Shown: in pieces, positions 36,911-47,055 of the stretch
Position numbering within the stretch: the stretch's first letter is position 1
Layout of the letters: every line of letters begins with the position of its first letter
Source of the DNA: Promethearchaeota archaeon
GTDB taxonomy: Archaea; Asgardarchaeota; Lokiarchaeia; Sigyniarchaeales; SOKP01
Length of the DNA stretch: 64,000 nucleotides
Assembly: GCA_048939995.1 (NCBI GenBank)
Contig: JBHLOY010000004.1
Coordinates: 160,001 to 224,000 of the forward strand
Reading direction: 5' to 3'
Notes under the pieces: generated by a model
What the model saw: the letters and a program-made list of their open reading frames with translations, nothing else
Database searches by the model: none
What the model was told of the DNA's origin: nothing
Position numbers and translations under genes: made by a program

Positions 36911-37726
36911 ATGAATGATAAGAACCAATATTTCAAGGTTTCTAAATATAAAGATCATCTATATGTGATTAATGAAAATATCTCGATTGTTCATCCCGTT
37001 TATACTAATGACCCTCTTAATATGTACTTACTTTTAGGAAGACACTCCGCTGTTTTACTTGATACTGGATGCGGATTGTATCCTTTAAAACCAGTTGTAA
37101 ATAAACTGATTGGTAAAAGGAAGTTATTAGTGTGCTGTACCCATGCACATTTTGATCACGTGCTTGGTAATTTTGAATTTGATGAAGTTTTTATACATGA
37201 AAATGAAAAGTCTATTATTTCAAAATCCTATGATGTATCTTACCTTAAAGATTCGCCAAATGAAATTGTTAAAATATATGAAAAACAAAACTTCCTAATT
37301 CCTCCAGCACTTAATATTAAATCTTTAAGAGATGGAGATACTTTTGATTTGGGTGGAATTAAAATTGAGGTTATCCATTGCCCAGGACATTCTCCGGGAT
37401 CTATATGCTTATTAACAACTAATAACGAGCTCTTCACTAGTGATGTAGCGTATTATGGAGATCAGTTCTTACCAAAAAGAGATGATTTACCTCAAGTGCT
37501 CGAAAGTCTCTCTAAGTTGATAGATATATGCAATGAAAAAGAAATTTCAGATCTTTATCCATCTCATAGAAATTATCCTTGTGATATTACACTTTTGACT
37601 GATCTACATAGAGGTATTAAGAATATTGAAAACCTTTGGAATAGTAAAAAAAAGTTTGAATTTTTCAACAGGTGGCAAATTGATGATCCCACTGGTAAAT
37701 TCCGGTATTACATTTCAATGGATTAA
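36911..37726 (+). CDS. metallo-beta-lactamase-fold hydrolase
   Basis: LDTG, THAHFDH, PGHSPG, SD, PSH. Confidence 0.9.
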   Translation: MNDKNQYFKVSKYKDHLYVINENISIVHPVYTNDPLNMYLLLGRHSAVLLDTGCGLYPLKPVVNKLIGKRKLLVCCTHAHFDHVLGNFEFDEVFIHENEKSIISKSYDVSYLKDSPNEIVKIYEKQNFLIPPALNIKSLRDGDTFDLGGIKIEVIHCPGHSPGSICLLTTNNELFTSDVAYYGDQFLPKRDDLPQVLESLSKLIDICNEKEISDLYPSHRNYPCDITLLTDLHRGIKNIENLWNSKKKFEFFNRWQIDDPTGKFRYYISMD

Positions 37727-37865
37727 GAGCTAATATACGCAATAAATACTGAGCCTTTAAAAAAAAATCCCCCTCGGAGTAAATTTCTTATAGTTTGAAT
37801 TAATAATGTTTAAAAAGTGTATACTGCTCTTTCAAGTATAATTTTAATACTAATGGATTTTATAA

Positions 37866-38567
37866 ATGGTTATTATGAGTGATGAAACCAACTTGCCATC
37901 TGAAAGTAAGATTAAAAATGATATTAAGAAAGAAGAGAAAGTATATTTGAGGAACTATTCTAAGGTTGTTTTCTTTTATCCACTCTGCATTACATCTTTA
38001 ATATTGTTTCTAATACAGTATTTTATAGGAGTTAATGAACCTGGACTTGGAGCAATTTGGATTACAGTTTTTTTTACCAATTTGTTTGTTATAGCTTTTG
38101 ACACCTCATCGATAAAATTCTTTATATTGCTCTTAGCTGCTATTATTTTAATATTATTATTCACTTTTCTTTTCCATCCAGAAGTGATAATTTCAGAATT
38201 ATTGTCTTTTGAGGTTAACATTATCATGAGCTATCAATTTTATTTGGCTTCCACTGCGACTTTAGTAGTTACTATTTTAATAGCCTGGATAGCGACTCGA
38301 TTTGATTATTGGAAATTAGAAAGAAATGAAGTAATCCATAAAAAAGGGATATTTGTTTCTGCTGTAAGGTATCCCACAAAAAGTCTACGTATTAAAAAGG
38401 AAATTCCTGATATCTTTGAGCTTTTATTATTAAGATCAGGTTCAATTCAGTTGTTTTTAGGAAATAACGAAGTAATCCATCTTGATACTATTTTAAATAT
38501 CAATCGAAAAGCAAAACAGATTGATTTTCTACTAAGTGATATTGAAGTGGAACTTGATATAACTTAA
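37866..38567 (+). CDS. membrane protein with a C-terminal bacterial PH-like domain
   Basis: about 4 TM then beta-rich HKKG..GSIQL segment. Confidence 0.55.
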   Translation: MVIMSDETNLPSESKIKNDIKKEEKVYLRNYSKVVFFYPLCITSLILFLIQYFIGVNEPGLGAIWITVFFTNLFVIAFDTSSIKFFILLLAAIILILLFTFLFHPEVIISELLSFEVNIIMSYQFYLASTATLVVTILIAWIATRFDYWKLERNEVIHKKGIFVSAVRYPTKSLRIKKEIPDIFELLLLRSGSIQLFLGNNEVIHLDTILNINRKAKQIDFLLSDIEVELDIT

Positions 38568-38592
38568 ATTATTTCAATAACATTTATATTTT

Positions 38593-39843
38593 CTAATTTT
38601 TATCGAGTTTTAATATTAAATTCTCTGTAAGGATTAATGTGTTAAGCAAAACTTGGGCACTCACTTTTTTAGAGGTATCCTCTTTACTGTGAGAATATTT
38701 AGCAGCAATTGGCGTTGAAAAGTCTATTGTATCTAACCTAAACAAATGAAATGGAACTGAATCTGTATGAGCTCCAGAAAGTAATGTATGGCCAAGAAGA
38801 GGGATATTTTTTTCTTTAGCGATTTCATTAATATGATTAATTAAGATTGAAGAACTTTTTTTTTTTGGAAAGATTCCATAAGATTTAATATACTCAACGT
38901 TATTTTTATGATTTTGGCATGATATCATATCAAAATTAATTTGAAATGTATTTTTTTTTGTAAGTTCCTGGAAAGTATCAAGGAAAACTCTAGAGCCCAT
39001 GGTGCCTATTTCTTCTGCAGAAAACTGACAAAACCATAAATTAAAGTTATCCAGAGGTTTATTTTTAAAGTATGAACTTAACATAAAAACTAAACTCATT
39101 CCTGATGCATTATCTAAAGAACCAAGGGATTTATTTCTAGTCCTCGTTAATATAATCATTAAAATTGAAAAAATAATTAAACTTGCAATAGTTATAGTAG
39201 AAATTTCTAAAAATAATAAAAAAGGCTTAAAAAGATTAAAATATAAGTCGACTAAGAAAAAAACAAATAGAATTATAAAAATGATAATTCCCAATTGCCA
39301 TATAGAAAAAAATACTACCCGCCAAACTGTCTTAAATGTTTGAGACTTGGAATCTAGATGTGCTGATACTATAATATTTCTCGTTGATTCATCATTCTTT
39401 AAATTATTTGCTGGAATTTTTATGAAAACATTCGTTGCTGATACCAAAGTTCCAAAATGTTTTTCCCAGAATCCTTTTAGTTCTGGATGCTTCAACACTT
39501 TTAACATTGAAAGAAAAATAAGTAAAAATATGATGCCTGTAATTATAGCTGAAAATGGGTAAATATATTTAATCAATAATAAAGCAAAAATTAAAACTAT
39601 ATTCATAAACCCAATGATTTTTATAAGTTCTTCAGAATAAAATGTAGAAAACTCAAAATTAAGTGTTTCTATCTGATTCTTTTCATATCCAATATCTTTA
39701 AAAGTGTTAATCGTTAGCTTCACTGCTTCTTTTTCACCTTCGGATCCAGCAAGTCTAGGAAAACTAAATTTTTCTACATATTCCATTAATTTTTTTTCTT
39801 TTTGCATAAAATTATTATCTTTAATCATAAACAAAACCCTCAA
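38593..39843 (-). CDS. membrane-integral M28 peptidase
   Basis: PRLAGS, SAHLDS, DNASG, AEEIG, NFD, HTD, HSKED plus TM hairpins. Confidence 0.85.
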   Translation of the reverse strand: MRVLFMIKDNNFMQKEKKLMEYVEKFSFPRLAGSEGEKEAVKLTINTFKDIGYEKNQIETLNFEFSTFYSEELIKIIGFMNIVLIFALLLIKYIYPFSAIITGIIFLLIFLSMLKVLKHPELKGFWEKHFGTLVSATNVFIKIPANNLKNDESTRNIIVSAHLDSKSQTFKTVWRVVFFSIWQLGIIIFIILFVFFLVDLYFNLFKPFLLFLEISTITIASLIIFSILMIILTRTRNKSLGSLDNASGMSLVFMLSSYFKNKPLDNFNLWFCQFSAEEIGTMGSRVFLDTFQELTKKNTFQINFDMISCQNHKNNVEYIKSYGIFPKKKSSSILINHINEIAKEKNIPLLGHTLLSGAHTDSVPFHLFRLDTIDFSTPIAAKYSHSKEDTSKKVSAQVLLNTLILTENLILKLDKN

Positions 39844-39856
39844 TTTCTATAAAAAA

Positions 39857-41596
39857 TTAAATAAACAATTGCATCAATGATCCAATCCCTAGCATATTTG
39901 AAATTGCAGAACCAAAAAAGATTTGAATAATTATAAAAGAACTAATCATTACAGAACTAAATTTTCCAGTTTTTTCATAAACCAGTGAATTTATTATAAT
40001 TACAGCTAAAAAGATAAAATATGTTACAAGCAGAGCCTCTATGATAAATATTTGGAACGACAAGGCCATTAAGATTAAAACATTAACTATGGCAAGAAAA
40101 CTAGTAAATATTGTCTTTTTAAAGGGCGTTCTGATAAAATATAGTCTAGGAAAAATTATTTTTCTATAAAAAAGTTCTATTGCTAAATAAAAGGGATAGA
40201 TAGAATAAGCTAATATTAAAGAAATAATATTTACTGGTGAGAAAAATGCGAATGGATAACTTAAAGAATATGAAATATAAAAAATGAGAAAAATAAAAGC
40301 TGAAATAAAAGAAAATGATAAAACATTCTTATGGAATTGTGATTTTATTTCATCTTTAAGGCGGTTCTCTATATATTCACTTATACCTTGACCAATTCTT
40401 TCTGCTGTTAAAATATATTTTAAAAAAATTACACAAAAATGAATTAATATTATAATTATGGGTGCAATGATTATACCAATGATTCCTAATATTGAATAGA
40501 ATATTATCCAAATACTAATAAATCCAATAAAATAGAGAATAATTGTAAGGACCTCTTTGAGAATTAACTTCTTATTTGGTTTTATATCATTTCTAGCAGG
40601 TATCTTTTTTTGGGAGTCTTCTTCAAAATTAAATGAAAAGAACTTTGAGCTATACCTTATTAATCTTAATGATGTGATAAATGAACCAACTATACCTAAT
40701 AAAAGTAAAGTTAGAGAATATTTGTAGGATAATAGAATGGGGCCATTAATCATAGTAGATCCAAAAAATTTCGATTCTAACCAACTAATTGTACTTAAAA
40801 GAACTTTGTCAGAAAATAAATAATGGGCTCCTCCAAATAAATGTTCAGTAATATTTATTAAAGTACAATTAGTTAATTTTTGAGCTAATAAAGCATTTTC
40901 TTTATAGGATACGGTTGTATCATAAATAGATTGGATTACTAAAAGATTGGATGGGTTTGAACTATTAATTATATTTGCAGGATTATATTTCAAAAAATCC
41001 TCATTTAGCTCAATTCCTGATATTTCAGCACTAAAGTTTACTACACCAGCCCACGTAATCGTAACTTTAAAGCGAGCATCTAATGCGCTGTTCATTAAGG
41101 CGACTGCTCCACCTAATGAATGCCCAACTATTGCTATTTGGGAAGAGTTAATTCTATTATAAAAAGACAGCCTTTCTATAACATCTAATAATTTAGAACA
41201 ATCTTGGGCAATTGCTGGTACTCTGGTTCTATTTCGATAGGGTTCCGTATTAATATCTAAAAGGTGGCCCGTACTTTCTCCACCACCACGATAATCTATA
41301 GAGGCTACATAAAAACCTCTTTTAGTTAATTCATTTGGTATTCTAATGTCTAAATCTTTTTGACTCCCTAGCCCATGGGCATATATCACTAATGGAGCTT
41401 CACTTTGAAAATCTATATGGTTAGTAGGATGATATAGATTCGCATAAATTTTAGCCCCTGAAGATTCAAACTCAATTCTCTCATAATAGATATAGGATTC
41501 AAATCTATTGGAATAAAGTAAAATCAATATTACTATATAAAATAATAGGGAAGCAACAAGTACTTTATGCTTTTTAAGATTTCTAAATAAATTCAT
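39857..41596 (-). CDS. alpha/beta hydrolase with N-terminal anchor and multi-TM C-terminal domain
   Basis: AHG, DYRGGGES, GHSLGG, D and H; hydrophobic C-terminal half. Confidence 0.85.
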   Translation of the reverse strand: MNLFRNLKKHKVLVASLLFYIVILILLYSNRFESYIYYERIEFESSGAKIYANLYHPTNHIDFQSEAPLVIYAHGLGSQKDLDIRIPNELTKRGFYVASIDYRGGGESTGHLLDINTEPYRNRTRVPAIAQDCSKLLDVIERLSFYNRINSSQIAIVGHSLGGAVALMNSALDARFKVTITWAGVVNFSAEISGIELNEDFLKYNPANIINSSNPSNLLVIQSIYDTTVSYKENALLAQKLTNCTLINITEHLFGGAHYLFSDKVLLSTISWLESKFFGSTMINGPILLSYKYSLTLLLLGIVGSFITSLRLIRYSSKFFSFNFEEDSQKKIPARNDIKPNKKLILKEVLTIILYFIGFISIWIIFYSILGIIGIIIAPIIIILIHFCVIFLKYILTAERIGQGISEYIENRLKDEIKSQFHKNVLSFSFISAFIFLIFYISYSLSYPFAFFSPVNIISLILAYSIYPFYLAIELFYRKIIFPRLYFIRTPFKKTIFTSFLAIVNVLILMALSFQIFIIEALLVTYFIFLAVIIINSLVYEKTGKFSSVMISSFIIIQIFFGSAISNMLGIGSLMQLFI

Positions 41597-41700
41597 AATG
41601 CTTCCTTTTCTAACGATTAATAAAATTTCTTTATAACAAAAATTCTAAATCTAGATTTAGAAATCCAATCAGATTATGGTATGGAAATATTTTATTGAAT

Positions 41701-41883
41701 TTAAGATCTTTTCCCTCTCTTTTTACAACAATCAGAACATAAAAATTCTGTAAATGCTATGAAGCCACAATCCTCCATATAACAATCCCACATCTTTGTC
41801 TCTTCGTTAAACGAAATACTATATCCACAATCTAAGGGTAATGATTCCACTGTTCTACCACAATTACTGCATTTTAAAGTCAT
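41701..41883 (-). CDS. 60-aa Cys-rich small protein
   Basis: CSNC..C..C..C..CSDCC; GGTGA RBS upstream (tcacc at 41891-41895). Confidence 0.7.
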   Translation of the reverse strand: MTLKCSNCGRTVESLPLDCGYSISFNEETKMWDCYMEDCGFIAFTEFLCSDCCKKRGKRS

Positions 41884-42085
41884 TTATTTATCACCTTTAA
41901 TATTCTATGCTATAAAGACGAATTTAAATCTTCTTATAATATTTTAAGTAAAAACTTTCAGAAAATAGCTAAAATGAAAAGTTAAAAACCATCTTTCTTT
42001 ATAGGATATAATTTCTCTACCTCTAATTGGTTAAATTGAGTTAAAAACATTAGTTCAGTTTCAGAAAAGTCAATAATTTAAACTA

Positions 42086-42102
42086 ATTTAAACGATTAAA
42101 TA
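42086..42102. promoter_or_regulatory. operator candidate ATTTAAACGATTAAATA (copy 2)
   Basis: identical to 36846-36862; ~70 bp upstream of the mutase; an extra half-site ATTTAAAC lies just upstream. Confidence 0.5.
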
Positions 42103-42169
42103 TTTTAGTAAATAACAATAAATTAACTTATTATATCAATTAAATGAAATAAAATTATGTGATTATCTC

Positions 42170-43843
42170 TTGTTTGACAAAAATTATCTGTATAGATTAG
42201 AATTAAAAAAGCAAGAATGGGAAGAAAAGTATAAAAAATTAAAGGAAAGAGATGTAAAGTTCGTTACTGATTCAGAAATCCCGATTAAACCTCTTTACAC
42301 TCCATTGGATGTAAAAGGTGATTATTTTGAAAAGGTAGGACTTCCCGGTGAACCTCCATATACAAGGGGAGTTTATCCTTCCATGTATAGAGGGCAATTA
42401 TGGACAATGAGATTATTTTCTGGTCATGGAACACCCGAAGAAACTAATAAAAGATGGAAATATTTATATGAAAACGGAGAAACAGGTTTTAGCGCGGCTG
42501 TTGATGCATTAACATTTAATGGGATCGATCCAACTAACCCAGATGGAGCACCTGAAGTAGGAACCTCTGGCGTTCCATTGTATTGTATTGACAGTCTTTT
42601 TGCTCTTACTGAAGATATTCCAATAGACAAAGTTAGCGTTGCTTTAGTTGTTGAACCATTTACTTGTGCACCAGTTTGTTCAATGTACTTTAATATGGCA
42701 AAAATGCGAGGATATGATATCAAAACCTTAATGGGAACTACTCAAAATGATATTTTAACTATGACTGTAGGATATATTCCTTATAAAAATTGCCCCCCAA
42801 ATCATTTGCTTCGAGTTGCTTGCGATTTTATTGAATGGACTATTGCACAAAAGAATGTACCAAAATGGCATCCAATTAATTTTACGGGATATAATTATCG
42901 AGAAGGCGGAATTGATGCTATTCAAGAGCTTGGTTTCGTATTTGGAAGTGCCTGTTCTCATATTGATAATTTAGTAGAAAGGGGTTGGAAAGCTGATGAT
43001 TTTGTAGGAAGATTGGCTTTTCATTTGGCTGCTCATAAGGATTTTTTTGAAGAGATCGCGAAATTCCGTGCAGCAAGACGAATTTGGTATAAATTGATGA
43101 AGGATAAATATGATGTTAAGGACAAGAAGAACCTCGCATTTAGATTTCATGTACAAACTGCAGGAAGTTCGTTAACTGCTCAGCTTCCTATGATTAATAT
43201 AGTCCGTACAGCGATTCAAGGATTAGAAGCTAATTTAGGTGGGTGTCAATCTTTGCATACCAATTCTTACGATGAAGCTATTTGTTTACCATCTGAAGAG
43301 GCAGCTCTTGTTGCTTTAAGAACTCAACAAGTAGTTGCTGATGAGACAAGAGTCACTAATACCATAGATCCCTTGGCTGGAAGCTATTATGTAGAATGGT
43401 TAACTGATGAGGTGGAAGAAAGAGTATGGAAATACCTCGATAAAATTCAGGGAGTTGGATCTATAGATAAAGCATTATCTACAGGGTGGTTATATAAAGA
43501 GATGAGAGATGCTTTTCATAAGAGACGGATGCGTATTGAAAAGGGAGAAGAAATTATGCTTGGAGTTAATAAATATCCTGTATCATACGATACTGTGACT
43601 GATGTGTTTAGAACTAATAAAGAAGCAATTGATATTGAAGTAAATCGTATTAATAAATTGAAAGCACGTAGAGACAACGCAAAATTAGAAAAGATTATGG
43701 ATAAATTACGTAATGCATGTGAAAAAGAAGAAAATGTGATGCCTTTAGTAATGGAAGCAACTAGAGAAGGTGCAACAGTTGGAGAAGTTTGTGATATTTA
43801 TCGAGAAATTTGGGGTATCTGGGAGCCCCCATTAGCTATTTAA
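42170..43843 (+). CDS. B12-dependent acyl-CoA mutase large subunit (MCM/ICM family, atypical active site)
   Basis: PGEPPYTRG.Y..MY, WTMR, QND, FEEIAKFRAAR, QSLHTNSYDE, DPLAGSY. Confidence 0.92.
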   Translation: MFDKNYLYRLELKKQEWEEKYKKLKERDVKFVTDSEIPIKPLYTPLDVKGDYFEKVGLPGEPPYTRGVYPSMYRGQLWTMRLFSGHGTPEETNKRWKYLYENGETGFSAAVDALTFNGIDPTNPDGAPEVGTSGVPLYCIDSLFALTEDIPIDKVSVALVVEPFTCAPVCSMYFNMAKMRGYDIKTLMGTTQNDILTMTVGYIPYKNCPPNHLLRVACDFIEWTIAQKNVPKWHPINFTGYNYREGGIDAIQELGFVFGSACSHIDNLVERGWKADDFVGRLAFHLAAHKDFFEEIAKFRAARRIWYKLMKDKYDVKDKKNLAFRFHVQTAGSSLTAQLPMINIVRTAIQGLEANLGGCQSLHTNSYDEAICLPSEEAALVALRTQQVVADETRVTNTIDPLAGSYYVEWLTDEVEERVWKYLDKIQGVGSIDKALSTGWLYKEMRDAFHKRRMRIEKGEEIMLGVNKYPVSYDTVTDVFRTNKEAIDIEVNRINKLKARRDNAKLEKIMDKLRNACEKEENVMPLVMEATREGATVGEVCDIYREIWGIWEPPLAI

Positions 43844-43857
43844 TTGAGGTGCTTAAG

Positions 43858-44256
43858 TTGAGCGATAAAAAGATACGAATTCTAATGTCTAAACCAGGAA
43901 TAGATGGCCACTGGCGCGGAGGAATCGTAGTATCACGTGCTTTAAGGGATGCTGGAATGGAATTAATATTTGGAGGGTTCCAGAATGTAGAGCAAATTGT
44001 AGAAGCTGCTATCCAGGAAGATGTAGACGTAATAGGTCTGAGTATCCACTCTGGGGCGCATTTTGCGTATACTCAAAACGTAATTGATCTTTTAAAAGAA
44101 CGAGGTGTGTTCGATCATATAATGATCCTTGTTGGTGGGGTAATACCAGCTAAAGATTTCAATAAGTTAAAGGAAATGGGTGTTGCGAACGTGTATGGTC
44201 CTGGATCAATGACTTCAGATATAGTAGATTTTATAAGAACACATGTCAAAAAATAA
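43858..44256 (+). CDS. acyl-CoA mutase cobalamin-binding small subunit
   Basis: KPGIDGHWRG (DxHxxG), LRDAG.E, GLS, GGVIP; TTG start behind a GAGGTG RBS. Confidence 0.9.
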   Translation: MSDKKIRILMSKPGIDGHWRGGIVVSRALRDAGMELIFGGFQNVEQIVEAAIQEDVDVIGLSIHSGAHFAYTQNVIDLLKERGVFDHIMILVGGVIPAKDFNKLKEMGVANVYGPGSMTSDIVDFIRTHVKK

Positions 44257-44307
44257 AAAAAACATGTAATATTTTTTTAATTTGTCTAATTTAAATAGCC
44301 TTTCATT

Positions 44308-45300
44308 TTGCGGGGAAATATAAGTTTGAAAGATATGCATGATATCGATAATCTGGTAGAAAAATTTAAGAAGAAAGATAAAATAGCATTAGCAAGGTTA
44401 ATTTCTGTCATTGAAAATGAACCTGAAGAGGTTTATGAGATTTTTAAACGTTTTGAAGGTATTAAACATGATTCTTATATTATAGGAATAACAGGTTCTC
44501 CAGGTGTAGGCAAAAGTACTCTAACTGGGGCATTAACCCAAAGATTTTTAGAAGAGGGTAAATCTGTTGGAATAATTTGTGTAGACCCGACATCTCCTTT
44601 CAGTGGAGGTGCTTTTTTAGGCGATCGTGTGCGAATGTCTAACATCTCTTTACATCCAAATGTATTTTTACGTAGTCTTGCTTCAAGAGGCTATAAAGGC
44701 GGAATTTCAAGAGCAGTTTTTGATATTAGCCTTTTATATGAGGCATGGGGGATGGATATAATAATTATAGAGACGGTGGGCGTTGGACAAGCAGAGTTTG
44801 ATGTATATGATCTAGCATATACTATTGTTGTTGTTCTTGTGCCTGGATATGGCGATGCAATTCAAATGCAGAAAGCAGGGATTATTGAAATAGGTGATAT
44901 TTATGATATTAACAAAAAAGATTTGGGTGGAGAAGATATAGCAGTTCAAATCGAAATGATGCTTGATGATACGATTTTTCAAAGTGGTTGGAGGCCACCA
45001 GTAATTATGACAGATGCGATTAATAGTGAGGGAATTGAAGAACTTCTCCAAAATATTAAGGATCATAAAAATCATGTTGAATTGTCAGGACTTATAAATG
45101 AGAAGAGAAAAACCCGTTTTAGGTATAAAATTAAGGAATTAATCTATTCTAAGGTGGAAGAATTAGTCTCTAAAAGTCTCATTGATGAAAATGAGATTAA
45201 TAACATAATAAACAATGCGTTAGATGATGGGAAATTTAAAATTTATCGTTCTATCCATGATAAATTTGAAAATATTAACTTTGAAATAAAAAAGAAATAA
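44308..45300 (+). CDS. meaB: MeaB/ArgK GTPase chaperone
   Basis: GITGSPGVGKST, VDPTSPFSGGAFLGDR, ETVGVGQ, NKKD. Confidence 0.93.
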   Translation: MRGNISLKDMHDIDNLVEKFKKKDKIALARLISVIENEPEEVYEIFKRFEGIKHDSYIIGITGSPGVGKSTLTGALTQRFLEEGKSVGIICVDPTSPFSGGAFLGDRVRMSNISLHPNVFLRSLASRGYKGGISRAVFDISLLYEAWGMDIIIIETVGVGQAEFDVYDLAYTIVVVLVPGYGDAIQMQKAGIIEIGDIYDINKKDLGGEDIAVQIEMMLDDTIFQSGWRPPVIMTDAINSEGIEELLQNIKDHKNHVELSGLINEKRKTRFRYKIKELIYSKVEELVSKSLIDENEINNIINNALDDGKFKIYRSIHDKFENINFEIKKK

Positions 45301-45302
45301 AA

Positions 45303-46082
45303 TTAATTTGATAAGAAATTCATAACTATTTCATTGAATTCCTCTGGTTTCTCAATAGCAACAGCATGTCCAGCATCTTTAATTTCTATAAACTTTGCGT
45401 TTGGAAGTAGTGCAGTGTATTCTTCTTTAATGGAAGAAGGAGCATAATCTTGATCAGATCCAATAATCAATGTTGGACATTTAATCTTGTCTAAGTGATC
45501 TCGAATACTCCAGCCAATTAATGCACGCATTGCTGAAAGATATGCTTTCTTATCATTTTCTTGCCATCTTTCGATTAATTTCTGACGCAAATCTTCTTGC
45601 TCAGGTTTTATAAACAATCTTGGGGCAAGAACTTGTCCCATTTTTTTCATTCCGACTAATCTTACGATAGAAATGCGCTTAAATGCTTCTAATTTCATCT
45701 TAAATGAGTCTGCTGGTATTTCAATACCCGCATTAACAATTATAAGGCTTTTCACTAATTCGGGATAATCTACAGCAAATTGAAATGCAATTCCTCCTCC
45801 TAAGGATATTCCTAGAATATGTGTTGAAGTAACCCCTATTATTTCAAGTAATTCTGCAATATCTTTGGCAAACATCTGCATATTATAAGGTCCCTTCGGT
45901 TTGTCTGTTTTTCCATGGCCTCTAAGATCTATGGTGATAACCTGATATTTCTGAGAAAAAGTTGGTACTTGAAATTCCCAATCACGAGTGCTTGAACCTA
46001 ATCCATGAATCAATAGTAAGGGTTCACCCTCTCCAGTCGACTCATAGTACATTTTAATATCACTAACCTTCTGTTTTGGCAT
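45303..46082 (-). CDS. alpha/beta hydrolase (enol-lactonase-like)
   Basis: HGLGSS, DLRGHG, GISLGG, AGH; start at ATG of MPKQ. Confidence 0.88.
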   Translation of the reverse strand: MPKQKVSDIKMYYESTGEGEPLLLIHGLGSSTRDWEFQVPTFSQKYQVITIDLRGHGKTDKPKGPYNMQMFAKDIAELLEIIGVTSTHILGISLGGGIAFQFAVDYPELVKSLIIVNAGIEIPADSFKMKLEAFKRISIVRLVGMKKMGQVLAPRLFIKPEQEDLRQKLIERWQENDKKAYLSAMRALIGWSIRDHLDKIKCPTLIIGSDQDYAPSSIKEEYTALLPNAKFIEIKDAGHAVAIEKPEEFNEIVMNFLSN

Positions 46083-46425
46083 AAAAAGACCTGTTAATAT
46101 TTTTGTGATTAATATTAATTCAATCTTATGACATTTAAAAGGTTTGTAAAGGCTAGATAAGTGCACCTAATCAATTAAATGAGAAAGAAAAAACTCATTG
46201 AAATAATAGAATTAGGTAAATAAATTCCAATAAATTGTAATTTAAAAAATATTTTGTAATTTGCCTTTTCCTCTCTCTTGTTTTGGGCAGCTTAAATTTC
46301 ATTAATGGATCCTTCCATTTTTTTTAGGGTAATAAATTATACTTTGTATTACAAGTGCACCAATAAGTTTTATAAGCATGATATTAACTTTCTTGTTAAG
46401 TCCATAAATTATGGAGTGAAAAAAA

Positions 46426-47001
46426 ATGAGTTATAGAAGTGACAAAATTAAAAATAAGATAATATCAATCACAACTAGCCTCTCTTCAATTTTTATTCCA
46501 ATTTTTCAGTATGTACCCGCAACCGCAGTATGGTTTGGTATAATGAGTGTTCCAATTGTTGCTTACATTTTCTACTTCTTTCAAAATCCAAGCATTCTAA
46601 TTTACGATTTACTGTTTCTATTTAGGACACCAGGGATATACATCACTTTGTTTGGTTTTACAATTTATTTATATTCTTTTATTTTTCAATTGACTCATAG
46701 AAAACAATTAATTAATAAAGGACCTTATAAAATTATTAGACACCCTCAATATGTTGCATTTATAATTATGACTTTTGGGATGACGTTAGTTGTATTTCAA
46801 ACTACCCCAATATCGTATTTTCCTATATTAGACACCTATTCAGTTATTTTAATTATTTGGCTTATAGAAGTTCTGGCTTATATAATATTGGCTAAAATTG
46901 AAGATTTTGCTTTGAAGTATAAGTTTGGTGATGAGTTTATTGAGTATAAAAATTCTGTGGGTTTTATGTTACCGCGTATTGCTCTAAAAAAGAAGCATTA
47001 G
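46426..47001 (+). CDS. ICMT/PEMT-family membrane methyltransferase
   Basis: LINKGPYKIIRHPQY, ED..L..KFG.EF.EY. Confidence 0.8.
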   Translation: MSYRSDKIKNKIISITTSLSSIFIPIFQYVPATAVWFGIMSVPIVAYIFYFFQNPSILIYDLLFLFRTPGIYITLFGFTIYLYSFIFQLTHRKQLINKGPYKIIRHPQYVAFIIMTFGMTLVVFQTTPISYFPILDTYSVILIIWLIEVLAYIILAKIEDFALKYKFGDEFIEYKNSVGFMLPRIALKKKH

Positions 47002-47055
47002 TGGATATAAAAAAATAAATTTAAAGTCTTTAATTAACCATTTTTTTTATTTAAT

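Noticed and set aside
42170-43843. Annotation as methylmalonyl-CoA mutase (mcmA)
   Set aside because: The Tyr89, Arg207 and His244 equivalents are absent, so no gene symbol was given.
46159-46361. Direct repeat AAGTGCACC twice in a divergent promoter region
   Set aside because: Only 9 bp and also present inside a coding region (~62735); too short to separate from chance.
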